Below are positions 32,741 through 40,742 of a stretch of DNA of 64,000 bases, piece after piece (the first letter of the stretch is position 1; each line of letters starts with the position of its first letter). Below the pieces are notes generated by a model that ran no database searches, was not told the DNA's origin, and worked only from the letters and a program-made list of their open reading frames with translations. The translations under genes and the position numbers were made by a program. Source of the DNA: Patescibacteria group bacterium (GTDB taxonomy: Bacteria > Patescibacteriota > Minisyncoccia > Phycocordibacterales > JBHPGB01); NCBI GenBank assembly GCA_042571085.1, contig JBHPGB010000002.1, forward strand, positions 6,796 to 70,795. Direction: 5' to 3'.

Positions 32741-33022
32741 TTAATCCGCAATCTTACCGCCGCCACTATCAACATTTCGTTTTAGCATATTATTTACAAT
32801 GACAAACCGCACAATCACAAACGAGACAAGTGCTACTGCTAAGCTTACCACGAGAATAATACCAAGTACTTGATCCGGGACAAAAAACATTACTGGTATA
32901 CCAACGCAAAAAGATAGAACGAGTCCATCAAAATCTCCACCAATTCTTCTGAAAGCAAATAATACACCAAGTAATGCAGAGCACCCTGCACATCCAATGA
33001 GGTACCAAATAAAGTCGGTCAT
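32741..33022 (-). CDS. small 3-TM membrane protein
   Basis: 93-aa hydrophobic ORF, GGGAG RBS. Confidence 0.65.
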   Translation of the reverse strand: MTDFIWYLIGCAGCSALLGVLFAFRRIGGDFDGLVLSFCVGIPVMFFVPDQVLGIILVVSLAVALVSFVIVRFVIVNNMLKRNVDSGGGKIAD

Positions 33023-33093
33023 TTTAAACTCCCTCTAACCGTATAATATTGTAATATATTGCCAATCTTCTATTTTTGAGTATACTGAAATAT

Positions 33094-34566
33094 ATGAATG
33101 ATGTCAAAGAAATCATTGATCTAATGAGTGAGCCCTCAGAAAAAGATGCCGCTTTAATACGCAAGGCTTACGAAGTGTCGCAAAAAGCACACGATGGGCA
33201 AACTCGGTACACTGGCGAACCATATTTTTGTCACGTTTTTGAAACCGCAAAAACATTAGCTGAATTACACATGGACTCAGAAACAATCGCTGCTGGATTA
33301 TTGCACGACTCAATTGAAGATGAGCGGTTAAGTGAAGAAAATATAAAAAAGGAATTTGGAGAAGATGTATTGTTCCTAATAAATGGAGTCACAAAACTAG
33401 GTAAACTTAAATACAAAGGACTAAAACGACATGCGGAAAGTTTGCGTAAGCTCTTTATTGCGACGTCACAAGACATGCGTGTGCTTATTATTCGCCTTGC
33501 GGACCGTTTACACAATGTAAAAACTTTGGAAGGACACCCTTCTAAAGAAAAAAGAAAGCGAATAGCAACAGAAACATTAGAAGTTTTTGCTCCACTAGCA
33601 CACCGATTAGGTATGTGGCATCTTCAAGGAGAGCTTGAAGACAACGCTTTTAAGTATGCACTCCCGGAAGAATACAAAAAAATGAAAGAGCTCTTAAAAA
33701 ACAGAAGTAAATTTGATGAAAAACTTATGGAGAAAGTAAGAAGGGCTCTCCAAAAAGAATTGGCACAACATGAAATAAAACCTGTACAAATGAGCTACAG
33801 AACGAAGCGACTTTACAGTTTATATAAAAAACTTTCACGCAAAAAGAGTATTGATGAAATATATGATTTTATAGCGATACGCGTAATAGTTGAAAATGTT
33901 GAAGATTGTTATCGCACACTTGGGATTGTTCACAAAATCTGGCAGCCATTACCAGAGCGTATCAAGGATTACATAGCAATACCAAAACCAAATGGATATC
34001 AAAGCATCCACACAACCATTTTTACCGGGGATGGTGCTGTTGTTGAAATACAAATCAGAACAGAGCAAATGAACAAAGATGCAGAATTAGGTATCGCATC
34101 ACACTTGGCATATAAAGAAGTTGGCGACAGTATCAATAAAAATCATAGATACAAAAAAACTCCTGCTTGGATTGAACAAATACTTGAATGGCAAAAAGGT
34201 GTGTCTGAATCTGGAGAATTCCTAGAACATCTTAAAATGGATTTCTTTAGTAACCGGGTATTCGCATTCACCCCCGAAGGAGATGTGATTGATCTTCCTG
34301 AAGGGTCGAGTGCTGTTGACTTTGCTTATGCAATCCACACAGATGTGGGGCAGCATATCTCTGGAGCAAAAATAAATGGAAAAATGTCGTCATTAGAAAA
34401 CACCCTACACAATGGCGACATTGTTGAAATCCTTACAAATAAAAATAGTCACCCAACAAGCAAGTGGTTAAAGTATGCAAAAACAACGCTCGCAAACAGG
34501 CGTATAAAAGCATATCTTGCAGAACATGACAGCTCAATATTTAATTTTCTTCCAAAGATTGGTTAG
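33094..34566 (+). CDS. spoT: RelA/SpoT homolog (HD + synthetase + TGS; no ACT domain)
   Basis: HDGQTRYTGEPY..H, LHDSIED, LADRLHN, PKPNGYQSIH, EIQIRT, DFAYAIHT. Start is 7 nt after TATACT. Confidence 0.92.
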   Translation: MNDVKEIIDLMSEPSEKDAALIRKAYEVSQKAHDGQTRYTGEPYFCHVFETAKTLAELHMDSETIAAGLLHDSIEDERLSEENIKKEFGEDVLFLINGVTKLGKLKYKGLKRHAESLRKLFIATSQDMRVLIIRLADRLHNVKTLEGHPSKEKRKRIATETLEVFAPLAHRLGMWHLQGELEDNAFKYALPEEYKKMKELLKNRSKFDEKLMEKVRRALQKELAQHEIKPVQMSYRTKRLYSLYKKLSRKKSIDEIYDFIAIRVIVENVEDCYRTLGIVHKIWQPLPERIKDYIAIPKPNGYQSIHTTIFTGDGAVVEIQIRTEQMNKDAELGIASHLAYKEVGDSINKNHRYKKTPAWIEQILEWQKGVSESGEFLEHLKMDFFSNRVFAFTPEGDVIDLPEGSSAVDFAYAIHTDVGQHISGAKINGKMSSLENTLHNGDIVEILTNKNSHPTSKWLKYAKTTLANRRIKAYLAEHDSSIFNFLPKIG

Positions 34567-34570
34567 TAAG

Positions 34571-34599
34571 AAAAAACCCCGCACAAGCGGGGTTTTTTT
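34571..34599. terminator. bidirectional terminator
   Basis: AAAAAACCCCGC-ACAA-GCGGGGTTTTTT between convergent spoT and parB. Confidence 0.8.
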
Positions 34600-34600
34600 C

Positions 34601-35755
34601 TTACAATGAAAAATTCTTCATTGAATATAATTCTTCCTGATCATCCTCATCTTTTTTTTCATTATTACCTTCATTAAATGTTGTAGATTCTGAATCAGCA
34701 ATCTTATCTTCTGATTCTGAGTTTTGTATATTGTATAGATCCTCATCTGCATCACCGCCAAAAAGATTGTCACTCTCGTGAATATCATTTGAAGTATTTT
34801 TATTTTCCTGACCTGACATTTCAGCAACACTTACATATTTTTGACTTGGGTGCTCCGGAACCGAAGTGCCAAGATTTTCAATCGTGTATCCTTCGGTAAC
34901 ATTTGTTTGCATTGTCTCTAAAATTTTTCGCAAATCATCATTTGAAAAGAAATCAATAGTAACCTTTCCACCGTTTTCCTTTTTATCTATTTGTACTCGA
35001 GTACCAAATGTTACTTTAAGTTTTTGTTCTATCTCTATTATTTCAGGGTCTAAATTACTCTTTTTCCGAACTTTGTCATACGCAACACGGCGAGCAATCC
35101 CCTCTGCATCACGCACAGTAAGCTTCTTAAATGTAATCTCTTTATAGAGTGTTATTTGCTCATCTGGACGGTCTACAAGCATCAAAAGTGGTCGTGTGTG
35201 CCCTTCGGTAATCTTACCAGCGACTAATGAATCTAGGATTTCTTGCGGGAGCATAAGCATGCGCAATGTGTTTGCCACATATTCCCTACTTCTTCCAATT
35301 TTTCGCGCAACATCAGCTTTGGAGAATCCAAAATCATCAACAAGCTTTTTGAAGGCAAGTGCTCGATCAAGTGGATTTAAATCTTCACGTTGTAAATTTT
35401 CAATAATTGCAAGCTCCAATTTCATTCTGTCACTATCTTCTGTAGCCCTAATCACTGCTGGAATTTGTGACAAACCTGCAATTTTTGATGCGCGTGTTCG
35501 TCTCTCACCAGAGATCAGCTCATACTCTGTGACCAAGCCGCCATCTGACGTTTCAACTTCTCTACGAGTTACTACGATTGGTTGCAAAATTCCATATGCT
35601 CTAATTGAGCTAGCGAGTTCTCGCAACTTACTCTCATCAAATTCACGTCGTGGTTGATACGGGTTTGGTTTTATTTTTTCAGTTTCTATATAGAAAACAG
35701 AATCATATACTTTGCTTTCTTGTGTTCTATTATCGTTGTTGTTCATGATGCTCAT
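34601..35755 (-). CDS. parB: ParB/Spo0J partition protein with acidic C-terminal tail
   Basis: PNPYQPRREF, GILQPIVV, ISGERR.RA, ENLQREDL, HTH. Confidence 0.93.
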   Translation of the reverse strand: MSIMNNNDNRTQESKVYDSVFYIETEKIKPNPYQPRREFDESKLRELASSIRAYGILQPIVVTRREVETSDGGLVTEYELISGERRTRASKIAGLSQIPAVIRATEDSDRMKLELAIIENLQREDLNPLDRALAFKKLVDDFGFSKADVARKIGRSREYVANTLRMLMLPQEILDSLVAGKITEGHTRPLLMLVDRPDEQITLYKEITFKKLTVRDAEGIARRVAYDKVRKKSNLDPEIIEIEQKLKVTFGTRVQIDKKENGGKVTIDFFSNDDLRKILETMQTNVTEGYTIENLGTSVPEHPSQKYVSVAEMSGQENKNTSNDIHESDNLFGGDADEDLYNIQNSESEDKIADSESTTFNEGNNEKKDEDDQEELYSMKNFSL

Positions 35756-35835
35756 ATTTTAACACATGAAAATTAAAATCTAAAGTTCTGGAAATGTTTG
35801 ATTTTTATAAACTTTTTCAGTAGTATATGTGCATT

Positions 35836-36033
35836 GCCGGAGTGGTGGAATTGGTATACACGCACGACTCAAAATCGTGTTCCGCAAGGATTGAGGGTTG
35901 AACTCCGAGCTAGACGAGGAGTGAAAAACCTTTTGAGGTAGATTAGAGTGAGGTACGAACGAATAATGTACCCAAAAGGTGTACTGATCCTGTAAGGATC
36001 AAGTCCGGACTTGAACCCTTTAAAATTAAATAT
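35836..36033 (+). pseudogene. 5' 64-nt copy of tRNA-Leu(CAA) interrupted at the T-loop by a repeat element
   Basis: 35836-35899 is identical to 36034-36097; the insert shares its core with 50965-51023 and ends in an inverted T-arm copy GGACTTGAACCCT. Confidence 0.85.
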
Positions 36034-36115
36034 GCCGGAGTGGTGGAATTGGTATACACGCACGACTCAAAATCGTGTTCCGCAAGGATTGAGGGTTCAA
36101 GTCCCTCCTCCGGCA
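36034..36115 (+). tRNA. tRNA-Leu(CAA)
   Basis: GCCGGAG/CTCCGGC acceptor, CACGA-CTCAAAA-TCGTG, variable arm, GGTTCAAGTCC. Confidence 0.95.
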
Positions 36116-36229
36116 CAAAAAGAAAAATCTCAAGTTTTGCTTGAGATTTTTACTTTTTACAAACTAGACAAATGTAATCAAAAAGACTACTATGCTGCCA
36201 GGCTTCCTATGATCTAATGGAGAATATAA

Positions 36230-36385
36230 ATGCCTCAGAAAAAACCTGAGCAAAAAATCCCAAAAACCAAACGTTTCGCTGTATCACATAATGTTGTGTG
36301 CCCAAACTGCTGTAAAATGAGCCGTAATGTTAAATTGGGCACACAAACATGTGTGTATTGTTGCAAAAAAATGCACGTCTATTAA
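36230..36385 (+). CDS. small zinc-ribbon-like protein (51 aa)
   Basis: MPQKK...CPNCC...CVYCC..; GGAGA RBS; terminator follows. Confidence 0.55.
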   Translation: MPQKKPEQKIPKTKRFAVSHNVVCPNCCKMSRNVKLGTQTCVYCCKKMHVY

Positions 36386-36423
36386 AAACCCTTGATTCTT
36401 TTTTGATCAAGGGTTTCTTTTAT

Positions 36424-36924
36424 TTACGATTGCTTTTCAATCTCAGTCCCATATTTTTCAAATATAATTTGCCGTAATTCATCTACATACTCCATTCCAA
36501 CTTTCTCCGCAATCGCCAGGGCAAAATATTCCGAAAGATATGGATTCCCTCTTCCAGATAGAATTCCTCCAACACACTCACCACATGGATGTACACCATT
36601 CACAATATCATCTAAACAAGTACACGAAGCTCCTTTACCATGCCATGGATCAAGCGCAATACAAGTGACACATGGTTTTTCTAAACAACATCGATATTCC
36701 CCTTCCATCATCATGTGTTCAATTATTGCATCTTTTTCAGTAATAAAAGCCATCCTATGCTCATCTCCACCATCCATACTCATACTCATGTGTTCATGAT
36801 TCATATCATGCATGCTGTGATTACTTGCGTCCATATTCATTCCACCAACAAAAGATATCCCAGCAACAACAGCCAATATACCAATCATAGATACAAATTT
36901 ATTTAGTTTTTTATTTATTTCCAT
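36424..36924 (-). CDS. membrane-anchored His/Met- and Cys-rich putative metal-binding protein
   Basis: HSMHDMNHEHMSMSM tract; CCLEKPC..C, CTC, CGEC. Confidence 0.7.
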   Translation of the reverse strand: MEINKKLNKFVSMIGILAVVAGISFVGGMNMDASNHSMHDMNHEHMSMSMDGGDEHRMAFITEKDAIIEHMMMEGEYRCCLEKPCVTCIALDPWHGKGASCTCLDDIVNGVHPCGECVGGILSGRGNPYLSEYFALAIAEKVGMEYVDELRQIIFEKYGTEIEKQS

Positions 36925-36929
36925 ATAGT

Positions 36930-37421
36930 TTAAAGTGTTAGATATGATGAAACTTCTCCATCAATTAGTTGATAAATTTCCCAAGGTTTTGTTTTGATAC
37001 CAGGCATTCCTGGAGTTCCAGCTGGCATATTTGGTAATGCAATGCCATCAATCTCTGGCTTCTCTTCAATCAAATCATTTACTACAGAAATCGGCACATG
37101 TCCTTCAATAAAGTATCCATCTATTACTGACGTATGACAACTTTCCATTTCTCTTGGAATATTATGTTCCTTTTTTACTGTGCTCATGTCTTCTATCACA
37201 ACCATATTCACATCAAAGCCTTCTTTTTCTAACTCACCAACATACCCAACACAACATCCACATGTTGGAGATTTATACACAGTAATTTTTGGTCCAACTG
37301 AGCTTTCGTTTTGCATCATACTTTCTGTTATGTTTTCTGTTTTATTTTCTTGCCCGAATATGTAGTATCCGCCCAAAGCAACAAAAATCATAACAAATGC
37401 TGTTAATATATCATTTTTCAT
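36930..37421 (-). CDS. DUF411 (CopG-like) metal-binding protein
   Basis: VYKSPTCGCC, SCHT, IEGHVP, PNMPAGTPGM. Confidence 0.88.
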   Translation of the reverse strand: MKNDILTAFVMIFVALGGYYIFGQENKTENITESMMQNESSVGPKITVYKSPTCGCCVGYVGELEKEGFDVNMVVIEDMSTVKKEHNIPREMESCHTSVIDGYFIEGHVPISVVNDLIEEKPEIDGIALPNMPAGTPGMPGIKTKPWEIYQLIDGEVSSYLTL

Positions 37422-37486
37422 AATTTGTTTTCTAAATTTAAAAGCACCTATTAAAAAATAGGTGCATGAATAAAGGTTATCGATTA

Positions 37487-37939
37487 TTATTTAATCGATA
37501 TGTTTTCATACACCAAAGTGTGTGAGAAAGAATCTTTATTCCTAATTAAAGCAAGCCATTTTTGTACTGCATACATAAAACGATTTGGTTTAATTTTTTT
37601 ATCAACATTAAATACAGAAATTAATTCTGTATTTAGCTCTAGATACTCTTTATTATTATGTATAAACAATACTGCCAAAAAAGCGAGTGCGACCAAAGAA
37701 AGTAGTAGCAAACTCACGTTCGAATTAAGTATAGATTGCATCAAAGCTTGAAATCCGGAAATATGGTGCAGTGTCATCGCAAAAGCTGTTGTAATATCAG
37801 AACACATAGCACTGGAAAGTACCGCAAACGGACAATCCATATTTCCACCATGCATAGCCATCTCAAACGCAAAAATACCAAACATCCCAACGAGCAGGAC
37901 AGACAAAATCATTAAAATTGAAGTTAATTTAAATTTCAT
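37487..37939 (-). CDS. membrane protein, first gene of putative metal operon
   Basis: TM helices with MH..MDCPF...MC...HH motif. Confidence 0.65.
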   Translation of the reverse strand: MKFKLTSILMILSVLLVGMFGIFAFEMAMHGGNMDCPFAVLSSAMCSDITTAFAMTLHHISGFQALMQSILNSNVSLLLLSLVALAFLAVLFIHNNKEYLELNTELISVFNVDKKIKPNRFMYAVQKWLALIRNKDSFSHTLVYENISIK

Positions 37940-37973
37940 TGGTTTATTATATCAAACATGTAAATATTTATAC

Positions 37974-38441
37974 TTAATTCAGCATCAAAAGCGAGTAATT
38001 AAGATATGTAGCGAATGATACCCATGCAAGATATGGGATGAATAGATAGGTGGCGCGATGGTCGATACGCCAGAACAGAACCATTAGTATTATGAGTGTC
38101 GCAAGCACTGCGATAATATCCACAAAAGCAAACAGGATATTTTGCGCGCCGAAAAATAAGATTGACCAAATACCATTCAAAAAGATATGCAAAAAGAAGA
38201 GAAGAAAAACTCTTCGATTATATGTACTATCGAATGCTTTTTGCCATATTAAATAAAATGCAATACCGATAAGTATATACAAAGTAATCCAAACAGGTCC
38301 AAAAATCCAACTCGGTGGATTAAGCGCCGGTTTTGCAATGGTGCTATACCAAGTACTTACTGAAGACATTGTAAAGAGTGACCCGATAAATCCTGCCAGC
38401 TGTGGTATTAAAATTGAAACGATGAGTTTTTTGTAGTTCAT
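37974..38441 (-). CDS. tspO: TspO/MBR family tryptophan-rich sensory protein
   Basis: WY..I.KP.LNPPSWIFGPVW..LY, WSILFF, PYLAWVSFA..LN. Confidence 0.93.
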   Translation of the reverse strand: MNYKKLIVSILIPQLAGFIGSLFTMSSVSTWYSTIAKPALNPPSWIFGPVWITLYILIGIAFYLIWQKAFDSTYNRRVFLLFFLHIFLNGIWSILFFGAQNILFAFVDIIAVLATLIILMVLFWRIDHRATYLFIPYLAWVSFATYLNYSLLMLN

Positions 38442-38443
38442 AG

Positions 38444-38956
38444 TTATATTTTACGTGAATCATACGCCCAATGCAAAAGGGCTTGGCGCTGACGTGGGCG
38501 GCACACCAAGTCTTTTGCATTACAATTATTCCTTACCGCACTTGCGTGTCTACGAAACCCTTTCCAGCGTTTTATTTGTCGCTCATCATCCTCATGTCGC
38601 CTACCCATATAGTACCTACAGTACCACTGAAACCATCCTCGCGGATCATCTTTGTGAATCCAACCTTTTTTACGCCACACAGAAAGCGGTTGACTCGCAT
38701 TTATTTTGAAATAATTTATATTTTTGTCGCGCATTTCAGGCGAGAGCTTTGCTTTAGCAAACCAGCTTGCAGGAAACTCTTTTTTACAATCTGTCATATA
38801 CTTCCCACCAAAAACACCGAGCTCCAGCATCTCTTTGGGCGTAAGCTCTGGTTTGAAATCTGGTGCAAAATTCTTTCCCACCGGTTGACTGAGCATATAT
38901 GTATACCCTTTCTGCATCTTATCCCGCACAGTAACTTTTTTCACTCTCTTTTTCAT
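38444..38956 (-). CDS. conserved uncharacterized basic protein
   Basis: LTPKEML.LGVFGGKY, DPRGWFQWYCRYYMGRR, RQALLHWAYD look like a conserved family; function unknown. Confidence 0.75.
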   Translation of the reverse strand: MKKRVKKVTVRDKMQKGYTYMLSQPVGKNFAPDFKPELTPKEMLELGVFGGKYMTDCKKEFPASWFAKAKLSPEMRDKNINYFKINASQPLSVWRKKGWIHKDDPRGWFQWYCRYYMGRRHEDDERQIKRWKGFRRHASAVRNNCNAKDLVCRPRQRQALLHWAYDSRKI

Positions 38957-39017
38957 AATTTAGCTTTTAAAATACGGCTCATTTGAAATGAGCCGTATTT
39001 TACACTTAAAAATAAGG

Positions 39018-39317
39018 TTAATCTAGCGTGTAAAATGTTCCTTTTGATTCTCCGCGCTGAGTGATTTTCCCTTCTTTTTCTAACTCGTCTAGATATCTAG
39101 TGGCTGTTGCATCTGAAACACCGAGCAATTCTTCAATATCATTATTTCTTATCTCTCCATTTTTTCGCAAAAAATCTAATATTTGGCTTTTGTTTTTTTC
39201 TTTTTTCTTACTGCGAGCTGAAAGCCGCTGAACTCCTCGATGAGTTATCGCACCTATATAGTACCCAACCATGATGCTTGCGAATATTATAAAAAATAAA
39301 GTTATCGTGTTTATCAT
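39018..39317 (-). CDS. TM-anchored winged-helix (DeoR-like HTH) protein
   Basis: N-terminal TM helix; [26 protein letters not shown]. Confidence 0.8.
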   Translation of the reverse strand: MINTITLFFIIFASIMVGYYIGAITHRGVQRLSARSKKKEKNKSQILDFLRKNGEIRNNDIEELLGVSDATATRYLDELEKEGKITQRGESKGTFYTLD

Positions 39318-39404
39318 ATAATTTATTGTACCATATTCAATTCTTTAAAAACAAAACCTGCTCACAGGTGAGCAGGTTTTGTTTTTTATTTTAAAGATTA
39401 CTCG

Positions 39405-39545
39405 TTAAAATTCTTCCTCAATATCTACACCACAACCTTCTTCATCTTCAAAATCAGTGTCGTAATTGCCTTCTGAATCACATACAAGACAAAGCCCGTC
39501 TTCATCAAGTTCAACGTCACATTTAGAACAAAAATTTTGATCCAT
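39405..39545 (-). CDS. small very acidic CxxC...CxxC protein (46 aa)
   Basis: MDQNFCSKCDVELDEDGLCLVCDSEGNYDTDFEDEEGCGVDIEEEF; terminator follows. Confidence 0.55.
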   Translation of the reverse strand: MDQNFCSKCDVELDEDGLCLVCDSEGNYDTDFEDEEGCGVDIEEEF

Positions 39546-39677
39546 ATGTTGTACAAAACAATTAAATTATAATTTACTTAGTACTATACAAATACTAAGG
39601 CAAGAAATATTATTTCCTATTTCAATTATAATGTCAATACTTTTTCAGGCCTTTTTTATGTGGAAAAATGAACCATC

Positions 39678-40337
39678 TCACAAAGACCAATTTATTGGTT
39701 TTTTGTTGTTTTTTGTAAGATATTCGTTAGCTTTTTTAAAATGATCACAACCGAAAAAACCACTATATGCAGAAAAAGGAGACGGGTGTGGGGCTTCTAA
39801 TATAAGATGTTTATTTTTATCTATAAGTACAGATTTTGCACGTGCATAATTTCCCCATAGCACAAATACAACATTTTCTTTTTCATCCGATATTTTTTTA
39901 ATTACAAAATCAGTGAAACCTTCCCAGCCTTTTCCTGCATGAGACGCTGGAGAATTTTTAATCACTGTTAGTACCGCATTTAGCATAAGCACTCCCTGCT
40001 TTGCCCAACCTTCTAAATCACCATTCTCTCTTTCAATACCTACTTCTTTTAAAATATTTTTAAGAGATGGTGGAAGTTTAATTCCTTCATTTACTGAAAA
40101 ACAAAGTCCATTTGCTTGCTCTGCTCCATGATATGGATCTTGCCCGAGTATTACCACTGAAACTTTACTGAACGGACACAAATCAAAAGCACGAAAAATC
40201 TGCTTTGGTGGCGGATAAACTTCTTTTGATACATATTCTTTTTCCACAAAATCAGTAAGTGCTTGAAAATCTTCTCGTTCAAAATACTCATTCAAAATCT
40301 TTTTCCAAGATTTTTCTATCTTTATGTCTTTTGTCAT
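39678..40337 (-). CDS. ung: uracil-DNA glycosylase (family 1)
   Basis: GQDPYH, GLCFS, PPSL.NI, GVLMLN, HPSP. Confidence 0.97.
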   Translation of the reverse strand: MTKDIKIEKSWKKILNEYFEREDFQALTDFVEKEYVSKEVYPPPKQIFRAFDLCPFSKVSVVILGQDPYHGAEQANGLCFSVNEGIKLPPSLKNILKEVGIERENGDLEGWAKQGVLMLNAVLTVIKNSPASHAGKGWEGFTDFVIKKISDEKENVVFVLWGNYARAKSVLIDKNKHLILEAPHPSPFSAYSGFFGCDHFKKANEYLTKNNKKPINWSL

Positions 40338-40404
40338 GTTGGGTATTATACAATAGATGCATCACAAACAAAAAAAGAGCTGTCGCTCTTTTTTTTGGTG
40401 AAAT

Positions 40405-40572
40405 GTGCGCCGAGTAGGATTTGCCTCTCACAAATCAAAGATTTGTTCCGAAACGCACTATTTTTATAGTCGTTAAACACTCCTTAAAAATAGGCGCCTA
40501 CGGTTCAAACCCTACTCGGCATAATAAATATAAAAAACGATAATCTTTTCAGATTACCGTTTTTTATGTTTA
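40405..40572 (-). repeat. tRNA-associated element downstream of tRNA-Tyr
   Basis: Hairpin about 40525-40572, inverted 3' copy 40502-40521, core 40424-40501, direct 3' copy 40405-40423. Confidence 0.85.
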
Positions 40573-40658
40573 TGGTGCGCCGAGTAGGATTTGAACCTAC
40601 GTAGGACAAGTCCGGCAGATTTACAGTCTGCTGCGATTGACCACTCCGCCATCGACGC
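40573..40658 (-). tRNA. tRNA-Tyr(GTA)
   Basis: GCGTCGA/TCGGCGC acceptor with encoded CCA, GCAGA-CTGTAAA-TCTGC, variable arm. Confidence 0.95.
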
Positions 40659-40742
40659 ATTTATTCAATTGAATACTTAAATAATGTACCATAAAAAAAC
40701 AATCGGCTCAATAGATTGAGAGCCGATTGTTTTTTTATGTGT

